From contig CANQWF010000001.1 in assembly GCA_947627485.1 (NCBI GenBank), positions 8,101-72,100 on the forward strand: a DNA stretch of 64,000 nt, in the 5' to 3' direction. Positions 19,353 through 30,394 of the stretch are shown in pieces. Source of the DNA: an uncultured Clostridia bacterium (GTDB taxonomy: Bacteria; Bacillota; Clostridia; TANB77; CAG-508). The notes below the pieces were generated by a model. The model was not told where the DNA came from, searched no databases, and saw only the letters and a program-made list of their open reading frames with translations. The first letter of the stretch is position 1. Each line of letters starts with the position of its first letter. The position numbers were made by a program, and so were the translations under genes.

Positions 19353-20519
19353 TTATTTTAGCCACATATTTTTTACAAGAAATTCATAAACTCTAGAACT
19401 TGAATTTTCATCTTGAAATTTATGTAATATTTTTTTAATATTCTCTCTTTCATGTTTTGCAATGTCATTTTCATTAGCAACATTATTTATAAAAGATTTT
19501 AATTCATCAAAATTATTAATATATTCTCCTTTAATTACATCAAATATATTATCAAAAGCAAAATCAAAAGTTGATTTATATTCATCAAAATCATCAGTGG
19601 TAATTGCAATTGGTTTATTTGTTAATAAATAATCATAATATACTGATGAATAATCTGTAATCAGTGCATCTGTTTGACCTAAAAATTCATATAGATTTAT
19701 ATTTTCATTTTTTAAATCTTGATTAGTAAGTAATATAAAATTAGATAATTTTTCTGTTTTAATTACTGACAAATCCTGAGCGGGATGTGGCTTTAAAACT
19801 AATAAAATATTAAGCTCATTTAAAAGATTATTTAAAACTCTAAGATTCTCAATGTTATAAATAATTGGAATTCCTAATTCAAAAGAATTTGTCATACTTA
19901 AATCTGAAATTTTATTTTCTCTTTGCCTATATGTTGGAAGCCATATAATGATTTTATCAAAGTTTTTATTTTTAAACATATTTCTAATATTTTTAGTTTT
20001 AGAAAATAAATCATCATTTCTAGGAAATCCCAAATCAATTATATTATCTTTATCTACATGACAAAGCTTAGATATTATATTATCAAAAAATGGAGATAAA
20101 CTTAAATAATAATTTACATCACCTATTGTATTACAATAATCTGCTACCAATTTATATGGTGCCCCATGAGATAAATATAGTCTTTTTTGATTTATATTTT
20201 TTTTATAAACTAATTTATTACAATCAATAATATATTTAGATTTAATATTTATATATAATTTTTTTATTTTTTCAAATATATTAATTTCTCCAAATGCATT
20301 AATAAAATAAACATTTTTTATATTAATATTTTTGTACATATTTTTATCATCTACAAACCAAAAAAGTTTATACTTTTCATTTACTTTATTTTTTAATAAG
20401 ATTTTAAATAAAGAATATGTATTATCAGTTAAATCTGGGTTGCTTTCTAATATTATATATTTTTTTAAATGTATAGGGAAATTATATATTAATTTTCTTA
20501 TTATTTTTTTCATAATCAT
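19353..20519 (-). CDS. CDP-glycerol glycerophosphotransferase (TagB/TagF family)
   Basis: ORF track; the C-terminal TagF catalytic region contains the family's conserved His/Asp motif (KPHP...ITDYSSV). Confidence 0.75.
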   Translation of the reverse strand: MIMKKIIRKLIYNFPIHLKKYIILESNPDLTDNTYSLFKILLKNKVNEKYKLFWFVDDKNMYKNINIKNVYFINAFGEINIFEKIKKLYINIKSKYIIDCNKLVYKKNINQKRLYLSHGAPYKLVADYCNTIGDVNYYLSLSPFFDNIISKLCHVDKDNIIDLGFPRNDDLFSKTKNIRNMFKNKNFDKIIIWLPTYRQRENKISDLSMTNSFELGIPIIYNIENLRVLNNLLNELNILLVLKPHPAQDLSVIKTEKLSNFILLTNQDLKNENINLYEFLGQTDALITDYSSVYYDYLLTNKPIAITTDDFDEYKSTFDFAFDNIFDVIKGEYINNFDELKSFINNVANENDIAKHERENIKKILHKFQDENSSSRVYEFLVKNMWLK

Positions 20520-21607
20520 TCCTCTGATTTATTTCTATTTTTTTTAACTCCGAAAATATCTTTATATCCAATGGCAACAATTGCTAAAACAAGAAGAGCA
20601 AATGATAAAGCTTTCCAAATTCCACTTTCTAACAATATAATTGCAAATAATCCAAATGTTGCACTTATTCCATATAAAATAAATACAGCTTGTTTTTGAG
20701 AATATCCTTTATCAATAAGTCTGTGATGTAAATGACCTCTATCTGCTTTAAAAACTGCTTTAAAAGACTTTTGCTTTATTATTCTTCTAAGTATTGCAAA
20801 AGATGTATCAAATATTGGTAGGGCAAGAACAAGCATAGGAGCAATTATAATAATTGCTGTATATGTTTTTGCAACACCTAAAATAGAAATAACTGCTAAT
20901 GTAAAGCCAATAAAATTGGAACCTGTATCTCCCATAAAAGTTCTTGCAGGATTAAAATTAAATGGTAAAAATCCAAGTAATGATCCTGCTAAAGCAGTTG
21001 CAAATATTATCGAAATAATAGGAGATGAGTTTAATATAAATATTATCATTAAACATATAGAAGAAATTAAAGAAACACCTGTAGAAAGTCCATCCAAACC
21101 ATCTATCAAATTTATTGCATTTGTTATTCCAACAATCCAAATAACTGTAAATATTTTTAAAAACAATTCGTTAGAAATAATAGTTCCAGCTCTTACAATA
21201 ATAATTTGATCCATAACTAATCCACTAGACACAACGATTATACTGGCTATAATTTGTCCCAATAATTTAACAAATGGATTTATTCCTTTTGTATCATCAA
21301 AATAACAAAAAATTTCTAATACTACTATTCCTAAAAAGAAGCCAATTAGTTTTATATAATATTTATTAGTAAATATATCTAATTTTTTTTCAATTATCAT
21401 AGTAATAATCAAATATATAGCTGAAATTAAAAAACCTAAAACAATTGCAATTCCACCAAGACGAGGCATTATTTTTTTATGAATTCTTCTTCCATCTTTT
21501 GGTACATCTAATGCCTTAACTTTTCTTGCAAGTCTTACTGTGTATGGTGTAAACACATAAGTAGTTATAAAAGCTAATAAGAATGTAATTGCAATATCTC
21601 CCCACAT
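20516..21607 (-). CDS. tagO: Undecaprenyl-phosphate N-acetylhexosamine-1-phosphate transferase (WecA/TagO, MraY superfamily)
   Basis: ORF track; 363 aa; multi-TM with a DD..D region (NLIDGLDG); first gene of the operon. Confidence 0.75.
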   Translation of the reverse strand: MWGDIAITFLLAFITTYVFTPYTVRLARKVKALDVPKDGRRIHKKIMPRLGGIAIVLGFLISAIYLIITMIIEKKLDIFTNKYYIKLIGFFLGIVVLEIFCYFDDTKGINPFVKLLGQIIASIIVVSSGLVMDQIIIVRAGTIISNELFLKIFTVIWIVGITNAINLIDGLDGLSTGVSLISSICLMIIFILNSSPIISIIFATALAGSLLGFLPFNFNPARTFMGDTGSNFIGFTLAVISILGVAKTYTAIIIIAPMLVLALPIFDTSFAILRRIIKQKSFKAVFKADRGHLHHRLIDKGYSQKQAVFILYGISATFGLFAIILLESGIWKALSFALLVLAIVAIGYKDIFGVKKNRNKSEE

Positions 21608-21643
21608 ATATAAGTCCCCCTAATTTTTTAATATTCCGTATAA

Positions 21644-21672
21644 ATTTTACCTTTAAAATGCAGTTTTGTCAA
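21644..21672 (-). promoter_or_regulatory. Putative sigma-A promoter of the minus-strand polysaccharide operon (TTGACA-17-TAAAAT)
   Basis: On the minus strand, TTGACA is at 21667-21672 and TAAAAT at 21644-21649. A GGGGGA RBS lies 8 nt before the ATG at 21607. Confidence 0.4.
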
Positions 21673-21697
21673 CACAATCAAGTGATAAACAAAATAA

Positions 21698-21731
21698 TTA
21701 GAGAGTAATTTTCAAGGAAATTACTCTCTAA
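21698..21731 (-). terminator. Terminator hairpin downstream of the VOC gene
   Basis: Perfect inverted repeat TTAGAGAGTAATT-TTCAAGGA-AATTACTCTCTAA. Confidence 0.5.
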
Positions 21732-21805
21732 TAAAATATTATCTAGTTAAATACCGATAATTACATGATAAATTATATAAATCAAAATTATCTAATATTA
21801 TCCGT

Positions 21806-22198
21806 TTATAAATGCTTTGCCTTTTCTTCTAATAATTCAATTAAACCTAAATCCCACATTAAGAAAGCAACCTTTCTATTGTTAAACAAAATTGCCTCTT
21901 TTGGTTCCCTAACAAGAAACGCACCATCCTGAATTAGGCTATTAATTGTTTTATCTATATCATCTACTAAATAACAAGTATGATATAAATATTGTCGTTT
22001 CTTTAATATATTATCAACTACTTTTCCAGAAATTAACTCGATTTTAACATTATCATCTAAAGTAATCATACATAAATTAGCATCTTGATTGGCATCATAT
22101 ACTGTTGCGCTTACATCAATAATATTAAAATACTTATCCAATTTTGATAATGTTTCTTCTATGTTATTTGTTGCTATTCCTATATGATGAAAATTCAT
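21806..22198 (-). CDS. VOC/glyoxalase-family protein
   Basis: ORF track, 130 aa; MNFHHIGIATNNIEE pattern. Confidence 0.65.
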   Translation of the reverse strand: MNFHHIGIATNNIEETLSKLDKYFNIIDVSATVYDANQDANLCMITLDDNVKIELISGKVVDNILKKRQYLYHTCYLVDDIDKTINSLIQDGAFLVREPKEAILFNNRKVAFLMWDLGLIELLEEKAKHL

Positions 22199-22354
22199 TT
22201 ATTTATCACTCCTAAATTCTTTTTTATATTTTTATAGTGGGCAAATTCAATATACTATAAACAACATAAATAGTCAATTAATTAAAATTTTAAAATATGA
22301 TTTGAGAAAATATATTTTATATTAACTATTTTTAATTATATAGTAAAGTTTTTA

Positions 22355-23392
22355 CTAACTACTATATTTTTCTAATAATTTATCAAAATCCTTATTAGTT
22401 AAATCTTTAAAATCATTTTTAAATCTAATATATTCACTGTTCCATGAAGAATCAATTTCATTTTTTTTATGGTTTGGTAAATCATAATTTTCTTTTAGAT
22501 ATTTTGCAAGATATATTGTAAATTTCGTTGATGCAAATGTATTTAAATGATGAGAATCATATAAATCATTTTTATAATCTATTTTATAATCTTCTAATGT
22601 ATTAAAATTAATAACATTTAAACCATTTTCTTTTATGATTGATTGTGATTCATTTAGTTTTCCAATTTCTGTTTCATTATAGCATCTTATTGGAACAATA
22701 AATAATACATTTAGATTATTAGTTTTAATATAATCTATTAAATTGATTAATGCTTGTTTGTTTTTTTCTTGTAATTCAATTGTATTCTCGTTCCAAGGGG
22801 TTTCGTTTTGAGAATGTATCATAGTCGTACCTTTTATCATACGATAACCTTTATAAAATTCTGAATGCCCAATAAAATCTTCTTTATCTATATTTTTCCA
22901 ACTATTATGATAAATGAAAAAACTAAAATAATGATTAATATATTCACTTTTATCAACATCTATATAATCTAGTAAATTATTAATTGCCTCTATTCTATTT
23001 TTAGAAAACTTTAAGGAATCTGTGGTTCTTCTGATATCTTCCGCGGTAACTCCTGTATAATCAGCTGTTATTCTTGATAAGTCTATAGCATATAATTTAG
23101 GACTTTGATATTTCTCCGACTCTTTAATAAGAAATTGGACTGATGGAAATGGTAAAGAGGCAGCAGCCAAAATTCCTGTTTTATATCCATACAAATTATA
23201 AGCTAATGTTGTATTAAAATGATTATAAGTTTCACTTGCTCCAATGTAAACTACATCTAAAGAATTTTTTGGTTCATTGTAAAAATCTTGAATACTAATA
23301 GTTTTATCATCTAGCCATAATATTTTAAATATAAAATAAAATAGAACAATAAAAACAAATAAAAACACTATACTTTTAATTAATCGTTTCAT
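22355..23392 (-). CDS. DHHW/AlgX-AlgJ-like membrane-anchored protein (SGNH-like, D-x-HH motif), a predicted extracytoplasmic partner of the MBOAT
   Basis: ORF track; N-terminal TM; C-terminal DLYDSHHLN motif; immediately downstream of an MBOAT. Confidence 0.5.
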   Translation of the reverse strand: MKRLIKSIVFLFVFIVLFYFIFKILWLDDKTISIQDFYNEPKNSLDVVYIGASETYNHFNTTLAYNLYGYKTGILAAASLPFPSVQFLIKESEKYQSPKLYAIDLSRITADYTGVTAEDIRRTTDSLKFSKNRIEAINNLLDYIDVDKSEYINHYFSFFIYHNSWKNIDKEDFIGHSEFYKGYRMIKGTTMIHSQNETPWNENTIELQEKNKQALINLIDYIKTNNLNVLFIVPIRCYNETEIGKLNESQSIIKENGLNVINFNTLEDYKIDYKNDLYDSHHLNTFASTKFTIYLAKYLKENYDLPNHKKNEIDSSWNSEYIRFKNDFKDLTNKDFDKLLEKYSS

Positions 23393-23410
23393 CGTATAAT
23401 TCTTATCCTC

Positions 23411-24943
23411 CTAAAAATTTTCATATATAAATCCAACAGGATTGTACCCTACACCATAACAACCGAATATTATAATTGCAAATATTAAAATATATAACAT
23501 TCCCCATCTAAATATTATATTTTGCTTAGATAATTTTTCTCTAACGCTACCAGTACGTGATAATTTATCTACAACAAATAAAGTTATTAATGAAATAATT
23601 AATATTCTAAAATCATATACATCTAACCCTGCAGTATATATTGATTTGTTATCTAGTAGTACCCAAGGATTCCATACAAACATATTTTTAATAATTTCTA
23701 TCGCATTTCCTACACTAGAAGCTCTAAAGAAAATCATAGCAAATGAAAATAAAAGATATGTTCTTATAACTTGGTACAATTTATAGCTAAAAACTTCTTT
23801 TCTTATACCTAATTTATTATTAATTTTATTAGAAATAGGTTCTAAGGTATCTTCTAAAAAGATAAATAAAAACTGTAATAGCCCTGAACCAATTATATAT
23901 GTATAAGCACCTCCATGCCAAATGCCAATTAATATCCACATAATTAACATTGAAAGGTATAAAGGTATTTTTTTGCCAATTTTCTTGCCAAAAATTTTCT
24001 TGCATTTTTTATTTAGTTTTTGCATAAAATTAGATTTAAGTAGGGGATAAAAAATGTAATCTCTAAGCCAAGCACCTAAAGTAATGTGCCAGTTTCTCCA
24101 AAATTCTGTAATAGTTTTAGAAAAGAAAGGTGCACTAAAATTTTCTGGAAGATGAATTCCCATTATCTCAGATATTCCCATAATTATATCAATTGAACCT
24201 GAAAAATTTGAATATAGTTGTAAAGTGAAAAATAGTACAGCAATTATTGTGTAAAATCCAGTATATGTAGCTAAATCACCATAGACTGTATCTACAAACA
24301 TACCAATCCTTTGTGAAATTACTAATACCTTAAAAACACCCCATAAAGTTCTAACTAAACCTCTACACATAGAATCATAATTAAATTTATGTTTTCCATA
24401 TAGTTCTTTTTCTATATTATTGTATCTAATAAAGGGTCCGGATGTAAGAATTGGGAAATAAGACATAAATAAGGCACATTTAAATATATTTCTTTGTGAC
24501 TTACATGCTCCACGATATATATCTACTAAATAACTAATCATAATTAAAGAATAATAACTTATTCCAACTAAAGAATTAAAATGTAATAATTCTAACTTAA
24601 AATCAATATGGAATAATTTTAATATATGATTAATAGTTATTGAAAACAAATTGGTATATTTTAAACAAATTAATTGTCCTAAAATTATTAGTATACCTAT
24701 AATTAAAAATATTTTTGATTTTTTAGTACTATCATGGTATTTATCTATTAATATACCAAAAACATATGAAGTTAATAAAACTACTAAAGCTTGTATAATT
24801 GTTGATATACTTAAATTATTCCAAAACAGAAATATAATACTTGATATAAGTAAAATAAACCATTGAAATTTTTTTGGGGATATAAAATATATACCTAGCA
24901 CAATTATACAAAACATTAAAAAAACTAATGATGTTAAATTCAT
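23411..24943 (-). CDS. MBOAT-family membrane O-acyltransferase (DltB/AlgI-like)
   Basis: ORF track, 510 aa, about 11 TM. It has a conserved His-containing segment (WRNWHITLGAWLRDY) and a later invariant His (GIWHGG). Confidence 0.85.
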   Translation of the reverse strand: MNLTSLVFLMFCIIVLGIYFISPKKFQWFILLISSIIFLFWNNLSISTIIQALVVLLTSYVFGILIDKYHDSTKKSKIFLIIGILIILGQLICLKYTNLFSITINHILKLFHIDFKLELLHFNSLVGISYYSLIMISYLVDIYRGACKSQRNIFKCALFMSYFPILTSGPFIRYNNIEKELYGKHKFNYDSMCRGLVRTLWGVFKVLVISQRIGMFVDTVYGDLATYTGFYTIIAVLFFTLQLYSNFSGSIDIIMGISEIMGIHLPENFSAPFFSKTITEFWRNWHITLGAWLRDYIFYPLLKSNFMQKLNKKCKKIFGKKIGKKIPLYLSMLIMWILIGIWHGGAYTYIIGSGLLQFLFIFLEDTLEPISNKINNKLGIRKEVFSYKLYQVIRTYLLFSFAMIFFRASSVGNAIEIIKNMFVWNPWVLLDNKSIYTAGLDVYDFRILIISLITLFVVDKLSRTGSVREKLSKQNIIFRWGMLYILIFAIIIFGCYGVGYNPVGFIYENF

Positions 24944-24967
24944 TTAATTCACCCACTCTGCTTTTTC

Positions 24968-25207
24968 TTATATTCTAGATTTTATAATATCGACCATTTC
25001 TCCAACATTTTTCATTGTTGTTACTTCATTCATATTAAATTTTATACCAAATTCTTGCTCAACTGCTACAACTAAATTGATATGCTCTAAACTATCCCAA
25101 TCTTCGATATCTTTAGATGTAGTTTCTGGTTTTACAACAATACTTTCATCATCAAATACATCTCTAAAAACAGTATTTAATCTTTCATAAATTTCTTCAT
25201 TTTCCAT
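24968..25207 (-). CDS. Acyl/D-alanyl carrier protein (phosphopantetheine attachment at Ser in DSLEHI)
   Basis: ORF track, 79 aa; DWDSLEHINLVVAVEQEFGI. Confidence 0.8.
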   Translation of the reverse strand: MENEEIYERLNTVFRDVFDDESIVVKPETTSKDIEDWDSLEHINLVVAVEQEFGIKFNMNEVTTMKNVGEMVDIIKSRI

Positions 25208-27007
25208 TATTCATGCACCTCTATAACATTATTTTTATTAGTATATCCTTTTGATATATCTAATTTATATATTTTATTACCCTGACTATCACAAGAAATT
25301 TCTTCAAATCCTTGTAAGTCATAAAAATTATTAACCATTTTATTTTTAAAGGTTGGATAATAATATCCATATATAGTTTTAATATTTTTTTCTTGAGCTT
25401 TTTTTACTAGCTCATCCATCATTGCAAATTCCATATTTCTTTTCAAAACCCTACAACTCATTATCCATAAATCAATATGCAATTCATCTTTGTTTTTTAT
25501 ATTTCCGATTACGACTGTTATTACACCGTTATCTCCAAAAATATCTTCTAATTTACCATATAACTTTATATAATTATCGTCTTTATCAACTTCTTCAATA
25601 TCTGCTAATGAATATCTTTTAGTTGTTAAATTAAATTGATTACTTTTATTACTTAGTTGAGAAATTCTTTCCAGATATATTGGTTTAAACGGTGATATTT
25701 CGGCTTTCATTTTTAATGAAAGCAAGTAATCTTCATAATTATCAAAAGTTGCCATCATTTGGCTTCTTTTTGCATTGTCTTTATACAATTCATTTTTCTT
25801 TAAATCTTCATTAGAAAAATTAGTAACTTCAAAATATCCATTATGATCAATTATTCTAATATAGTTTTCAGGGGCATCTATTTCTGGAGTGACTATTCCA
25901 TCAATATAATTTTTTACAATTTGTCTTTCTGCAGGGTTATCATCAACAAAAACAAAACTATCTGCTCCTAAATTTAGTTCTTCAGCAATATCTTTTATAT
26001 TTAAATTTTTAGGATTCCAATTTGCTTTAATTATAATGAAATCATCAGGTTTTAATGTTCCTGCAGGATGGTTAAGTCCTGCAATTGCATTTTCGTATTC
26101 ATTTTTAGAATTTACATTTAAAATAACACCCAAAGATTTATGTTCTTTTAAGTAATTTTGAAATTCAGAATAAACTTGTCCACTAGGAACTTCTGGTCCA
26201 ATAGCTAGATTTTCTACTCCGTCATCTCCAACTATTCCACCCCATAAAGTATTATCTAAGTCTAATACAAAAGCTTTTTTATTCTTTCCATATATAGATT
26301 TTATAATATTAGCTATATTAAACGATAAATAAGGTATTGCTGGAACTTCCATTGCATATTTATACATATGCCAATAAAATTGGTTAGCCCATTTATCTAA
26401 TCCATAGCATGATGATACATAATTAATATCATTTATAAAAAAGTTTTTTGTACTATTCGCGTAATCATAAAATTTTTGATTTAATCTTGTAATAAAATTT
26501 ATTTTTCCATGAATATCACTTGCATCTTTATTACCCAACAATCTATAATATGGATATTCAAAATTATTTTGAATAATTGTAGCATTAAATTTAGAGAAGA
26601 GTTTATCCCACATTCTCTTAAATTTTTCATATTCACTACCGAAGCATTTCATTTATAGTTTTATCATCATCGTACATTGTAGGAAATTGTACAATATTTC
26701 TATTAGTAGTGTGGATGTAAATTATATCAGGATTAAAATTATCTAATTCTTCATTACCAAACATTGCATCTTCATAAAACTTGTTATATTCAGATTCATA
26801 AAAATTAGGCTTTATTCCATTGTTTAATAAAAATATTTCTAACATGTTTTTAATTTCGCTAGTTGTGGAACCACCTAAAATGGCTATATTTTTTTCAAGT
26901 AGGTTTGGATTTAATAATAATTGCTTTTTTATTTTTTTCTTATTTTTAATTAGATAATTAACATCAAAAGGATATTCTAATTCTTTCATTTTATCACTCC
27001 AAAACAA
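25207..27007 (-). CDS. FkbH-like protein (HAD-IIIC phosphatase domain plus C-terminal acyltransferase-like domain), broken by a +1 shift at an in-frame CGG (~26639-26641)
   Basis: Track ORFs 26636-27007 (ends TINEMLR*) and 25207-26652 (VLDLDNTLWGGIVGDDG HAD motif I). A shift of one base joins them as ...EMLGSEYEKFKRMW..., about 604 aa, which is the typical FkbH length. Confidence 0.7.
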
Positions 27008-27351
27008 GTTTATAAACTTTAATAAGATTAAGATTTTACATTTTTATTCATAAAATATAAAATCTATAAATTAAGCAAAATGATTATATTCTAATCGACG
27101 TAAATTGTCAATAGATTTTGGAATTAAATAAAATGCAAATCGAAATTATGCTATTTTTATTCTTTTATAAATTTTATTGTTTTTTTAACATATTTATTGT
27201 ATAATACAGCATAGGGAAATTTGTAAATTTTAATAAAAAAATATGTTATGGTTGCATAAAAATGGTATTGATGGTAAAATACTTACGGATTATGACATAA
27301 TCTATTATTTTACTACAATATTATAAGTTTATAAAAACGGAGGTATATTAA

Positions 27352-28065
27352 ATGAATTATGGAGGAATATTAGCAGGTGGAATTGGAAGAAGGATGGGAA
27401 GGAGTGATCTTCCTAAACAGTTTTTAATGCTAGGTACTAAACCGATTTTAATCCATACAATAGAACAATTTTTAGTTTCGAGTGAAATAGATAAAATAGT
27501 ATTAGCAGTTCCGCAAAACTGGAAATCTTATGCAGAAGATTTAATAAAAAAATATTGTCAAAGTGATGATATAGATATTATAAGTGGTGGAGAAACAAGA
27601 AATGATACTATTCTAAATATATGTAATCATATAAAAGATACATATGGATTAAATAATGATGATATTATAGTTACACATGATTCAGTAAGACCATTTATAA
27701 CTCAAAGGATAATTAAAGATAATATAGAAATTTGTAAATCAACAGATGCTGTAGACACTGTAATACCTGCATATGATACTATTGTAGAGTCTAAAGACAA
27801 TAAAAAAATATCAAGTATTCCTATAAGGGATTATATGTATTTAGGACAAACTCCGCAGACTTTTAAAATACAAACATTTATTAAAGTATATTCAACATTA
27901 ACAAATGAAGAAAAGAATATTTTAACAGATGCTTGCAAAATGTTTGTAATCAAAAATAAAGAAGTTAAAATAATAATGGGAGAATCGTACAATATAAAAA
28001 TTACTACGCCATATGATTTAAAAATGGCAAGTCTTATGTTAGGAGAAGAATATAAAGATGATTAA
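27352..28065 (+). CDS. tarI: Ribitol-5-phosphate cytidylyltransferase (IspD/TarI family)
   Basis: ORF track; GGILAGGIGRRMG nucleotidyltransferase motif; paired with a TarJ-like reductase. Confidence 0.75.
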   Translation: MNYGGILAGGIGRRMGRSDLPKQFLMLGTKPILIHTIEQFLVSSEIDKIVLAVPQNWKSYAEDLIKKYCQSDDIDIISGGETRNDTILNICNHIKDTYGLNNDDIIVTHDSVRPFITQRIIKDNIEICKSTDAVDTVIPAYDTIVESKDNKKISSIPIRDYMYLGQTPQTFKIQTFIKVYSTLTNEEKNILTDACKMFVIKNKEVKIIMGESYNIKITTPYDLKMASLMLGEEYKDD

Positions 28066-29074
28066 TGAAATAATAAAATTAACAGCACCTAAAAAATTAG
28101 AATTAAATTTTGAAGAAATAAAATGGCCTAAGAACCATGTTATTGTTAAGCCAACGTATATGTCAATTTGCGCAGCAGATCAAAGGTATTATCAGGGGAA
28201 AAGGAAAAAGGAAGCATTGGAAAAAAAGCTTCCACTAACATTAATACATGAGTGTGTGGGAGAGGTATTATATGATCCTAAAGATGAATTTAAAAAGGGA
28301 GAAAAAGTAGTTTTAATACCTAATACTCCATATGAAGAAGATAGTGTAATAAAAGAAAACTATAGGCAAAGCACTAAATTTAGATCTAGTAATTATGACG
28401 GATTTATGCAATCTATGGTTTATATGAGAAGAGACAGAATTATTCCAATCGAAAATATAAAATTAGAAATAGCATCAATGCTTGAACTTATGTCAGTTGC
28501 AGTAAATGGAATAGAAAATTTTATTGAAAAAGCTCATGCTAGAAAAGACAATTTAGCGGTTTGGGGAGATGGTAGTGTAGCATATGTAACAGCTCTAATT
28601 TTAAAAAGCTATTTTCCTAATTCAAAACTTACTGTATTAGGAGTAAATAAAGATAAATTAGGTTATTTTTCCTTTGCAGATGATATTAAATTAGTTAATG
28701 AGATAAATAAAAATTTCAGAGTAGATCATGCATTTGAATGTGTTGGAGGAGCAGGCGCAGAATCAGCAATAGAACAAATAATAGATTGTATACAACCACA
28801 GGGATGTATAAATTTATTAGGTGTTTCAGAAAATCCACCATGTATAAATACCAGAATGATATTAGAGAAAGGATTAATATTACTCGGAAATAGTAGAAGT
28901 GGATATTCAGATTTCAAGAAATCTGTGCAATTATTACAAAATTTACAAATACAAGATTATATAGAAAATATTATTTGCGACACAATAGAAATAAATTCTT
29001 TAAAGGATATTTATTCTGCATTTGATGCAGATTTAAACAATAATTTTAAAACTGTGATGAAATGGAATTTATAA
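28058..29074 (+). CDS. tarJ: Ribulose-5-phosphate reductase (zinc-type alcohol dehydrogenase, TarJ-like)
   Basis: ORF track, 338 aa, MDR/ADH fold; tarI-tarJ overlap. Confidence 0.65.
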   Translation: MINEIIKLTAPKKLELNFEEIKWPKNHVIVKPTYMSICAADQRYYQGKRKKEALEKKLPLTLIHECVGEVLYDPKDEFKKGEKVVLIPNTPYEEDSVIKENYRQSTKFRSSNYDGFMQSMVYMRRDRIIPIENIKLEIASMLELMSVAVNGIENFIEKAHARKDNLAVWGDGSVAYVTALILKSYFPNSKLTVLGVNKDKLGYFSFADDIKLVNEINKNFRVDHAFECVGGAGAESAIEQIIDCIQPQGCINLLGVSENPPCINTRMILEKGLILLGNSRSGYSDFKKSVQLLQNLQIQDYIENIICDTIEINSLKDIYSAFDADLNNNFKTVMKWNL

Positions 29075-29111
29075 TTTAAATAATAAATACAATTTATGAA
29101 AGGTTGTAAAA

Positions 29112-30368
29112 ATGGAAAATTTAAACCAAGAATGTAATGAAAGTATTGGGAATATCACAATTGAGCAATCAGGAGAAACAAAACCTAAGTTCATAACACA
29201 TTTGAAAAGATTAAAAAAGAAAATAAAAAGATTAATTAATCTTATTATTTTAATAATAGCAAATAGAATAATGTGTATATTTTTACCATTAAAAGATAAT
29301 AGAGTTCTATTTTTATCTGATGTAAGAGAAAATTTTGGGGGAAACTTAGAATATCTATATAATATTATACCAGATGATAAATATGTAAAGGTTATATCAG
29401 TAAAACCAGATAGAAGAGTAAGGAGAAGTATAAAAGAGAAAGTAAGATTAGCATATAATTTATCTGTTAATAAATATATTCTGCTAGACGATTTTTCTAG
29501 ATCTACATCTCACATTAAAGTTAGAAAAGGACAGGAGATAATACAATTGTGGCATGGACCAGGTGCATTCAAAAAATTTGGACATTCTAGGAGTATAAAA
29601 AATGGAGGAAACTTAAAAATAATACATCCAGGATATAAAAAATATACAAAAGCGATTACAAGCAGTGAAGATATTAGACCTTGCTACGCCGAAGCATTTG
29701 GAATAAATATTGATAGAACAAAAGCAACAGGATTTCCAAGAACAGATATGTTTTTCGATATTAATTTGGTAGAAACTAGGAAAAAAGAAGTTTATAGCAA
29801 ATATCCATTTCTGAAAAACAAGAAAATAATTTTATTTGCTCCTACATATAGAGGAAAAAGAGTAGTGGATGCGGATTATGGATTTGATAGAATAGATTTA
29901 GATAAAATATATAATAAATTTAAAAATGAATATATCTTTATATTTAAATGGCATCCAGCTTTATATAATAACATCGTAAAAGGAATTAAAAATGGATATA
30001 ATTTAGACAAATATAAAAATTTTTATTATGATTTATCTAAAGAAAGAGATATAAATGACTTATTATTAGTTACAGATGTATTAATTACAGATTATTCATC
30101 AGTTATTTTTGATTATGCCTTTATAAATAAGCCAATTATATATTTTGCATATGATTTGGAGAAATATAAAGAAGAAAGAGGTTTATATTTTGATTATGAA
30201 GAATATATATATGGCCAAATTGCTAAAAATGATGATGAATTAATTGAAGCAATTAAACTAAAAGATATGGCCCTTGATAAAAGAAACAAATTCATTGAGA
30301 AATTTTTAGGAGCATGTGATGGACACTCTACTCAAAAAACTTATGATTGGATATTTGGAAATAAATAA
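29112..30368 (+). CDS. CDP-alditol:poly(alditol-phosphate) phosphotransferase (TagF/TarK/TarL family)
   Basis: ORF track; TagF C-terminal domain (WHPA...ITDYSSVIFDYA). Confidence 0.75.
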   Translation: MENLNQECNESIGNITIEQSGETKPKFITHLKRLKKKIKRLINLIILIIANRIMCIFLPLKDNRVLFLSDVRENFGGNLEYLYNIIPDDKYVKVISVKPDRRVRRSIKEKVRLAYNLSVNKYILLDDFSRSTSHIKVRKGQEIIQLWHGPGAFKKFGHSRSIKNGGNLKIIHPGYKKYTKAITSSEDIRPCYAEAFGINIDRTKATGFPRTDMFFDINLVETRKKEVYSKYPFLKNKKIILFAPTYRGKRVVDADYGFDRIDLDKIYNKFKNEYIFIFKWHPALYNNIVKGIKNGYNLDKYKNFYYDLSKERDINDLLLVTDVLITDYSSVIFDYAFINKPIIYFAYDLEKYKEERGLYFDYEEYIYGQIAKNDDELIEAIKLKDMALDKRNKFIEKFLGACDGHSTQKTYDWIFGNK

Positions 30369-30394
30369 ATTATAAACATAGGAAATGAAGTATT

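Noticed and set aside
20332-21209. ORFs 20332-20547 (+), 20916-21209 (+) and 20958-21140 (-) inside the tagF/tagO genes
   Set aside because: They are antisense or overlapping reading frames of real genes, with hydrophobic low-complexity translations.
24651-25622. ORFs 24651-24866 (+) and 25422-25622 (+)
   Set aside because: They are antisense to the MBOAT and the FkbH-like gene.
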